In this document: positions 29,739 to 35,996 of the stretch, one piece after another
How positions within the stretch are numbered: the stretch's first letter is position 1
Layout: each line of letters opens with the position of its first letter
NCBI GenBank assembly: GCA_963710645.1
Contig: CAVQBD010000009.1
Coordinates: 1,551,199 to 1,615,198 of the forward strand
Direction of reading: 5' to 3'
From: an uncultured Holophagae bacterium
GTDB taxonomy: Bacteria > Acidobacteriota > Thermoanaerobaculia > Thermoanaerobaculales > Sulfomarinibacteraceae
Length of the DNA: 64,000 bases
The notes under the pieces: generated by a model
Databases searched by the model: none
What the model was told of the DNA's origin: nothing
Seen by the model: the letters and a program-made list of their open reading frames with translations, nothing else
Program-made: the position numbers and the translations under genes

Positions 29739-29873
29739 TTAGTCGCGGCCGGAGGCGAGGTCCAGCATGATGTCACCATCGTCGATGGTGAGCCCGGTGA
29801 GATCAAAATAGAAACCGAACCAACGTCGGATCAGTGAGTGAATATTCCGCAACAGTCTTGGTGAGTGTCTCAT
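29739..29873 (-). CDS. Candidate small protein (44 aa), unknown function
   Basis: MRHSPRLLRNIHSLIRRWFGFYFDLTGLTIDDGDIMLDLASGRD. The ATG is preceded by GGAAGGAGA at 6-nt spacing and lies 22 nt downstream of the hydrolase stop. No family recognised. Confidence 0.35.
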   Translation of the reverse strand: MRHSPRLLRNIHSLIRRWFGFYFDLTGLTIDDGDIMLDLASGRD

Positions 29874-29895
29874 TGCGTCTCCTTCCTGACATCCG

Positions 29896-30657
29896 TCAGG
29901 CAGCACTTTGGGAATCAGATTCGTGGGGCGTGGATACATTTTTCAAAAAACGACCTCGCTCGGCGATGAAATCGGTGACCGCATCGACCACCGAGGGATC
30001 CCGCAAGATCCGACGGTGCCCAAGCCCCTCGGTGGTGTGCATTACCGCCTCGGGCAACGAATGGGCGAGGTGTCTTCCCTCGCTCCACTGAATTTCTGGG
30101 TCGCTGTGGTCATGGATGATCAGGCTGTCGTTGTGCAGCTCCGATGCGAGCCGCCACGGCTCCACATCGTTCCATTGGAAGTTGAAGCGACGTTCCAGCC
30201 GCCGTCGCATACGCTCGACAACGTCCGGGCTGAAGCCCGTCATCTCACCGAACCAATCGGTCAAGGCTGTGGTGCGAGCGGCAGGTGCCAACAACACCAG
30301 ACGGTCGGCGGCCAAACCACGTCGACTCGCTCCAAGGAGGACCGCCGCAGCACCCAGAGAGTGCCCGACAACTCCGGCGAACGGGCCGTACTCCTTGGCC
30401 ACCGCCATCAGTCCGTCGGTGTGGCGGAAGAGATTGGATGTGTGACCAGGGGCTGCGCCGTGGGCCGGTGCGTCGTAGGCCACCACGCGGTATCCGGCAG
30501 CCGCGAGGGATGCGGCGAACGCACCGAGTTGGAGACCCCGCCCGGTCCACCCGTGCACCAGCAGCACGGTGTGTGGACCTTCGCCCCACACCCAAACCGG
30601 AAGAGCGCCGTGCGGCGAGACTCTTTCTTCACGGCGGGCGCCGGTGGCCCAGTCCAA
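29896..30657 (-). CDS. Alpha/beta-fold hydrolase
   Basis: 253 aa. VLLVHGWTGRG and nucleophile elbow GHSLGAAA. Confidence 0.8.
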   Translation of the reverse strand: MDWATGARREERVSPHGALPVWVWGEGPHTVLLVHGWTGRGLQLGAFAASLAAAGYRVVAYDAPAHGAAPGHTSNLFRHTDGLMAVAKEYGPFAGVVGHSLGAAAVLLGASRRGLAADRLVLLAPAARTTALTDWFGEMTGFSPDVVERMRRRLERRFNFQWNDVEPWRLASELHNDSLIIHDHSDPEIQWSEGRHLAHSLPEAVMHTTEGLGHRRILRDPSVVDAVTDFIAERGRFLKNVSTPHESDSQSAA

Positions 30658-30771
30658 CTCCCGACGGGGGGTGCGTGAGCGCAGCGAGGTGGTGAACAGC
30701 CGTTCGGCCAGCCACGCCGCAACCGCTGGCGCCCATGTGCTGAGAAGGGCGAATGATCTGTTGATATTGGG

Positions 30772-30794
30772 AGCACGACCGATCGTGCTTTTTT
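30772..30794 (+). terminator. Intrinsic-terminator-like hairpin with no upstream plus-strand gene
   Basis: AGCACGA-CCGA-TCGTGCT followed by TTTTT(G). Located in the 330-bp divergent region between the hydrolase (-) and the GT2 gene (+). Confidence 0.45.
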
Positions 30795-30987
30795 GTCAAT
30801 ACCCAATCTTGGAGTCGAAAGTCAAAAGTGCTAGCCTGCACGTCGATCCGCCGGGTCAACCAACCCATCGCGGCACGTCGATTGGGTATTGGTTGTTTCA
30901 CCACGGGGATTCTCGATTACGATTGTTGATTGAAAGTGGCCCGGGCAGCGAAGACATCGAGCGAGTTGCAGCGAATTCGCGAAGTCG

Positions 30988-31677
30988 GTGGATCCATTGA
31001 TCAGCATCGTCATTCCAGCCCTGAACGAGGCGCGGGCCCTCCCGGCCACCCTCGAGTCCGTCGCATCGCAGACCGGACCGCTGGAGGTGATTGTGGCTGA
31101 CGGCAGCAGCGACGACCGCACCGTCGAGATCGTCCGCGGGTTTGCCGCGGCGGGTCACCGGGTGCGCTGCGTTCAGGCCCCGCGCGGACGGGCGCGCCAG
31201 ATGAACGCCGGCGCGGTGGTCGCGGGTGGGGATTGGCTGTTGTTCCTGCACGCGGACACCAAGTTGCCGGAGGGTGCCGTGCGCGGTATCGCTGCCCTCC
31301 CCGATGCGGTCCAGGCGGGCTGCTTCCACCAACTCTTTGACACACCGAGCCGATTTCTGCGCGCGCTGTCCTGGATGCACAACAAACGGTTTTTTTTCAC
31401 ACGGGTGATGTACGGAGACCAGGCCATATTCATCCGCCGAAAGCTGTTCGATGAGATTGGCGGCTTTCCTGACCGGCCGATGGAGGACGTGGCCTTCAGC
31501 CTTGCCCTCCGGCAGAAGACCAAGCCCATCATGTTGCCTGCGGTGGTGCGCACCGGTGCTCGCAAGTTCGAGCAGATGGGTCATTGGCGCGCCCTCCGTC
31601 ACTCGGTTCTGCTCCTGCTGAGGTTCCGTCGCGGCGCCGATGTTTCGGGGGACCGGTTTTTCGACGAGTATCGCTAG
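30988..31677 (+). CDS. Family-2 glycosyltransferase, resembling the TIGR04283 'rSAM/selenodomain-associated' transferase family
   Basis: 229 aa. SIVIPALNEA, EVIVADGSSDDRT, GRARQMNAGA, LLFLHADTKLP, YGDQAIFIRRKLFDEIGGFPDRPMEDV. The family assignment is from memory of its consensus. Confidence 0.7.
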   Translation: MDPLISIVIPALNEARALPATLESVASQTGPLEVIVADGSSDDRTVEIVRGFAAAGHRVRCVQAPRGRARQMNAGAVVAGGDWLLFLHADTKLPEGAVRGIAALPDAVQAGCFHQLFDTPSRFLRALSWMHNKRFFFTRVMYGDQAIFIRRKLFDEIGGFPDRPMEDVAFSLALRQKTKPIMLPAVVRTGARKFEQMGHWRALRHSVLLLLRFRRGADVSGDRFFDEYR

Positions 31678-31753
31678 GTGGAGCAGCGGGCAGTACCGCC
31701 CGCCCGGAATCGTACTGCCCACTTGACACGCGCCTTCTAATGGGTGGCAACCT

Positions 31754-31861
31754 GCCGGCGGCAGCGATTGTGGCCTGGGCCGGGAGGGATGTGGCGGGGG
31801 GTGACCCGGCCACTGGCCACTCGCTGGTGACGGCTGGTCACCGCGGCCGCAGGCCGCGAGT
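31754..31861. mobile_element. MITE-like GC-rich repeat, copy 1, flanked by 5-bp direct repeat AACCT
   Basis: It shares its termini with the copy at 52199-52320: GCCGGCGGCAGCGATYGTGGCC on the left and GGCCACTCGCTGGTGACGG...CCGCGGCC-loop-GGCCGCGAG on the right. AACCT occurs at 31749-31753 and 31862-31866. Confidence 0.5.
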
Positions 31862-31921
31862 AACCTCGGGGAGTGCCATCAGAATAGGGGCGCGATGAAA
31901 TCAGTGAATCGAAGCGAACGC
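31862..31921 (+). repeat. Partial, diverged copy of the 149-bp intergenic element (3' module)
   Basis: AACCTCGGGGAG...AAATCAGTGAATCGAAGCGAACGC aligns with 52053-52113 and with the reverse complement of 59700-59760. Confidence 0.6.
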
Positions 31922-32084
31922 TCGGGGAGCCTCCATCGCGCCCCGATTCTCATTGCGCCCCCCGTGAGGATGCCAGGCACGCCGATTCGCCCAATCGAGA
32001 CGGGTCATGTCTGCGGCCGCGGCGAATCGGGATGCCAGGCACCTCCGAGGGACGCGCCCTACGCTCCGGGTTGGCGGGGGACCC

Positions 32085-32168
32085 CATGCCTCATACCCCA
32101 CAACCCATACCCCGGGTGGGCGAAGGTCAACCCGGAACTCGCAACCCTCAACCCGAAACTCCTCAACG
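32085..32168. repeat. Heptamer-periodic arrays in one register (CATACCC/CACAACC then TCAACCC/GCAACCC/GAAACTC)
   Basis: 12 consecutive 7-nt units, read directly. The array runs into the stop codon of the patatin gene (32163-32165). Confidence 0.75.
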
Positions 32169-33059
32169 TCCCAGGAGCTTCTTGAGATACGGCAACTGCT
32201 GTTCCGCGGTCCTCTCCCCCTGCTCGATGACATAGGAGAACTTACCGGTGTCGAAGAGACCAACTCGCTGATCGAAGTCGGGCAACACCGGAATGATCTC
32301 GGCGTGGTGGGCGAGATTGTGAAACGCGTAGCTCGCCCGCAGCAGATTATTGGTGTACACGCTGTTGAGCTGGAAGGCGTAGCGAGTTGCTGACTTGATT
32401 TTGCGCGGGTACTCGGCCTCAAAACCCATGGCCAGAATGATCTCCGCTCCCTCGCGAATGGCCACATCAACCGGCAGGGGATTGGAAAGACAGCCGTCGA
32501 CGAGCATGCGATCGCCCACCTGCCAGGCGGGCCAGACGTAAGGTATGGCGATGCTGGCGCGGATCGCGTCGAAGAGCCGGCCCTCGGAAAGGACGACCTT
32601 CTCGCCGCTGTGGAGATCGGTTGTGGAGATGTGAAGCGGCGTCACGGTGTCGTCAAAGGTTCGGTCACCGAAGCCCTCAGCCAACAAGCGATTCAATGCG
32701 TCGTCGCTGATCAGGCTGAACCGGCTGTCGAAGGCGAAGAACTTGGGTAGGAAGATGCTCGCCACCGCCCTGAGATTCCGCGATGCCGTGACCTCTCGGG
32801 TCCACAGCTTTTTGGTCAGGGCCTCGACCTCTTCAAGATCGGCATTGAGGGCCATCATGGTCGTGAAGAGCGTTCCTCCGCTACAACCGACAAAAAGATC
32901 GATGGGGATGTTCTCCCGATGGAGGACCCGCCACAATCCGAGGGCCGCGGCGCATTTGACCGCTCCGGATCCCACTACGAGAGCGATCTGGGGGGTGTTT
33001 TTTGAATTGTCAGCCATCGTGTGCTCCGTTTCTCTGTGGATCGTCGCCTCGAACACCAT
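32163..33059 (-). CDS. Patatin-like phospholipase
   Basis: 298 aa (alternative start MADNSK at 33017). Oxyanion GSGAVKCAA, lipase motif GCSGG, catalytic Asp context VDGCLSNPLP. Confidence 0.85.
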   Translation of the reverse strand: MVFEATIHRETEHTMADNSKNTPQIALVVGSGAVKCAAALGLWRVLHRENIPIDLFVGCSGGTLFTTMMALNADLEEVEALTKKLWTREVTASRNLRAVASIFLPKFFAFDSRFSLISDDALNRLLAEGFGDRTFDDTVTPLHISTTDLHSGEKVVLSEGRLFDAIRASIAIPYVWPAWQVGDRMLVDGCLSNPLPVDVAIREGAEIILAMGFEAEYPRKIKSATRYAFQLNSVYTNNLLRASYAFHNLAHHAEIIPVLPDFDQRVGLFDTGKFSYVIEQGERTAEQQLPYLKKLLGR

Positions 33060-35001
33060 CGTCCTGGCGTCGGACCGCCAGCAGGGTCACGTCGTCGCTC
33101 TGATCCGCCCCCGCCGCGTGGCGCCTGACGTCGTCCTCGATACGGTCAAGCAGCTCTTCCGGGGTCCGGCTCGGGTCGCGGATCAGCTCCATGAGGCGTT
33201 GTTCGGTGTACTGGGAACCGTCGGTGCTGAGGGCCTCCGGAACACCGTCGGTGAAGGCCAGCAACGTGTCACCAATCTCCAGTTGAACGTATTTCACCGT
33301 GCAGTTGGATCCTGGGACCAGGCCGACCGCCGGTCCGGTGGGGCCGAGCCGGCTCATGGTTCCGTCGGCGCGGAGCACGATTGCGGGATCGTGACCTGCA
33401 TTGGCGTACTCGAGGATCCCGGTGACCGGATCGATTACCCCGAAGAATGCCGTCGCAAACATGTTCGCGTGATCATGGATGGTGGCCATGTAATCGTTGG
33501 CAAAGCTCAGGGCCGAGGCCGGCAGCGGAGAACCGTCGGCGGCCTCGCGCTCGCTCGCCGCTCGCAAAAGGCTCCGTGATAGGGCCATGAACAGGGCTGC
33601 TCCGACTCCCTTGTCGCACACGTCCGCAACCACCACCACGACGCGGCCGGACGGTACCGTGAAGACGTCATAGAAGTCCCCCGACACCTGGCGTGCGGAG
33701 TGCAACCGGGCGGCGAGCTGCCAGCCCTCGAAGCGAGGCATATGGGACGGAAGGAATTCGGTCTGGATCTCGCGTCCGATCTCCAATTCTCGTTCCGCCA
33801 GCGTCCGTGCTCGTTCGGCCTCTTCGAAGAGCCTCGCATTGCCGATGGCCGTGGCCACGTGAGTGACGTACTGCTCGATGGTCAACTGGTCCTGCTCGGA
33901 GAAATTAAAGGGCATGTGGTTGCTGCCGAGAAACAGGGAACCCACCATCTTCTCCTGGACCTCGAGTGGACAGAGCAGCAGCGCTCGCATGGGGTTGATC
34001 TGGTGGATCTCGCGGTCGACCGGGTGCATTCTCGCGATTCTGTCGTCGTCGATTGTGTTTAAAAAGACAGGATCTCGTTCCACCATGCTTCGGACGAATA
34101 CGCTTCCCGTGGCGTCGAGCGGGACGGATATTCCTTTGAGAGCATCGGCCAATTCGGGCGTGGTGCCAGGTCCGAGAAAGCGATCAAGCACGAGCTGTTG
34201 GTTTTCTTCATCAAACATCAGCGTGCCCACCTGATCGAAGATGAAGATTTTGCGCAGGCTCCGGAGAACCATTTCAAGGACCTCGTCCAGATCGAGGGTG
34301 GCATTGACAGTGCGCGCCACCTCGTTGATCTCGATGCTCTCGGCCACAGCCAGCTCGAGCATCTGGGACTGTTCGATCACCTTGCTGTTGGTCTCGCGGA
34401 GCTCGCGTCTGGTGGTGACCAGGTCCTTGGTGGTGTGATTGACCCAGTACGAGGACGTCCACATGGCCCCAGCCACGAAGAGCAGACAGAGATTCGTGGT
34501 CAACAGGCTGGGATTGAACTGTGGATGGAATCCGACAACCGGTAGCGTGATCGCGGCTCCGGCAGCCATGGCCGCCGAGCCGCGGGTCAGAAACCGGACG
34601 CCCCCCATCATGAGTTCGAAAGCAATCAGCGCGACCACGAGGATGCCGGCGGCCAGCGGGCTGAAACCGGTCATCCCGGCAAAGACCCCAATCACAAAAC
34701 CGTCACCGACCAGGTTGCGATATCCAGCCGCTTTCTGATCACTTGCCCTGGAAGCGACGAGATGGGCAAGCAGAGGCCATGCCACGCCGATGACGAGCAC
34801 AGCAGTCATCAAAAACACCGGTCGGTCCAACATGGTGGACGCGGTAATCAACCCCCCCAGCACTCCGCACACCAGACGTGGTAGGAAGGAAACCCGAACG
34901 ACGGGGTGCAGTTTTCCGGTTGGCGGTTGCATGACCAGTGAATCCACTACTCCAGAAAAGATACGGAATCTCATTTTAATTTCGCAATCTCCTCCGGTCA
35001 A
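33010..35001 (-). CDS. Membrane-anchored GAF-domain PP2C (SpoIIE/RsbU-type) serine phosphatase
   Basis: 663 aa. Multi-TM N-terminal third, a GAF-like middle and a SpoIIE-type C-terminus (GREIQTEFLP, SGDFYDVF, VVVADVCDKGVGAALFMA, TDGVPEA). Confidence 0.85.
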   Translation of the reverse strand: MTGGDCEIKMRFRIFSGVVDSLVMQPPTGKLHPVVRVSFLPRLVCGVLGGLITASTMLDRPVFLMTAVLVIGVAWPLLAHLVASRASDQKAAGYRNLVGDGFVIGVFAGMTGFSPLAAGILVVALIAFELMMGGVRFLTRGSAAMAAGAAITLPVVGFHPQFNPSLLTTNLCLLFVAGAMWTSSYWVNHTTKDLVTTRRELRETNSKVIEQSQMLELAVAESIEINEVARTVNATLDLDEVLEMVLRSLRKIFIFDQVGTLMFDEENQQLVLDRFLGPGTTPELADALKGISVPLDATGSVFVRSMVERDPVFLNTIDDDRIARMHPVDREIHQINPMRALLLCPLEVQEKMVGSLFLGSNHMPFNFSEQDQLTIEQYVTHVATAIGNARLFEEAERARTLAERELEIGREIQTEFLPSHMPRFEGWQLAARLHSARQVSGDFYDVFTVPSGRVVVVVADVCDKGVGAALFMALSRSLLRAASEREAADGSPLPASALSFANDYMATIHDHANMFATAFFGVIDPVTGILEYANAGHDPAIVLRADGTMSRLGPTGPAVGLVPGSNCTVKYVQLEIGDTLLAFTDGVPEALSTDGSQYTEQRLMELIRDPSRTPEELLDRIEDDVRRHAAGADQSDDVTLLAVRRQDDGVRGDDPQRNGAHDG

Positions 35002-35074
35002 GCTGGCTCAGGCCGGGAAAAACCTTGACCCGCAGTGGTTGTCTCACGCAAAATACAGAGACTGAATATCAAAG

Positions 35075-35542
35075 ATGAGACTGCACGACCGACTCGAACT
35101 CGCCGCTACGCTGGAAAACATCCCACGTTTTCGAGCCTTTATTGAAGACGCCTGCGCACGGGGCGGGGCTTCGGCCGATGACTGCTTCGCCATCAAGCTT
35201 GCGGTGGACGAGGTCTGCACCAACATCATCGAGCACGGCTATGGGCCGGACCATCACGGCGCGATCTCGTTGATCGTCGATGTCGCCGAGGGCGAGATCC
35301 GCGTGGCGGTGGTGGACACCGGTCGCCCCTTCGCCCCGGAGGAGGCCCCGGTGCCCGACCTGGAGGCGCCGTGGCAGGATCGCCCCATCGGCGGTCTCGG
35401 CTGGCACCTGATCCGGAACATGGTGGACGAAATTCGATATCGAACAGACGGCGCGGAGAATCGGTTGACGCTGGTCAAGAAATTCGCCGAGACATCCGGC
35501 CCCGGCAATGAAGAGGAGCGCGACAATGGACGTGATGATTGA
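35075..35542 (+). CDS. Anti-sigma-factor-type serine kinase (RsbW/SpoIIAB-like HATPase)
   Basis: 155 aa. KLAVDEVCTNIIEHGY (N-box) and GGLGWHLIRNMVDE (G-box). Confidence 0.8.
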   Translation: MRLHDRLELAATLENIPRFRAFIEDACARGGASADDCFAIKLAVDEVCTNIIEHGYGPDHHGAISLIVDVAEGEIRVAVVDTGRPFAPEEAPVPDLEAPWQDRPIGGLGWHLIRNMVDEIRYRTDGAENRLTLVKKFAETSGPGNEEERDNGRDD

Positions 35543-35864
35543 ACAGCAGGGAGACGTTTCCGTGGTCTCGGTGACGGGCAGTATCGACGCGCTCACCGCG
35601 GACCAGTTGACCCAGGCGTTTGAAGAGCAAATTGGTGCAGGTCAGGTCAGCCTGGTGGCGGATTTTTCAGGTGTGGACTACACCTCGAGCGCGGGGCTTC
35701 GCGCGTTGCTCGGTGCCATGAAATCAAGCCGGAGCGGCGGCGGCGACCTCCGCCTGGCCGGGATCCGAAGCGACGTCTACCGGGTGCTCGAGATGAGCGG
35801 GTTCACCACTATCCTGAAGACCTTCGACGACGTGGACCAGGCCATCGCCAGTTTCGGTTCGTGA
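35526..35864 (+). CDS. STAS-domain anti-sigma-factor antagonist (RsbV/SpoIIAA-like)
   Basis: Track ORF 35508..35864 trimmed to MDVMIEQQGDVSVVSVTGSIDA. Contains DFSGVDYTSSAGLRAL with the phosphorylatable Ser. Confidence 0.85.
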   Translation: MDVMIEQQGDVSVVSVTGSIDALTADQLTQAFEEQIGAGQVSLVADFSGVDYTSSAGLRALLGAMKSSRSGGGDLRLAGIRSDVYRVLEMSGFTTILKTFDDVDQAIASFGS

Positions 35865-35878
35865 CGCTACTGCGTCAC
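35861..35878 (+). terminator. Hairpin at the end of the rsbW/rsbV-like operon
   Basis: GTGACGC-TACT-GCGTCAC followed by the T-rich TCTCTTTG. The stop codon lies inside the stem. Confidence 0.35.
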
Positions 35879-35933
35879 TCTCTTTGAACTACGAATCCGC
35901 AGTTTTCAGTGACTGCGAGGGCCCTCCGCGGAC

Positions 35934-35978
35934 AGTAAATAATTTGCAATTTGCAATTTGCAATTTGCAATCTGTAAT
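35934..35978. repeat. Heptamer tandem array (AATTTGC x4 plus degenerate flanking units)
   Basis: Read directly. Lies between the convergent STAS gene and carB. Confidence 0.85.
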
Positions 35979-35996
35979 GGGTGGACGGGCGGGGAG

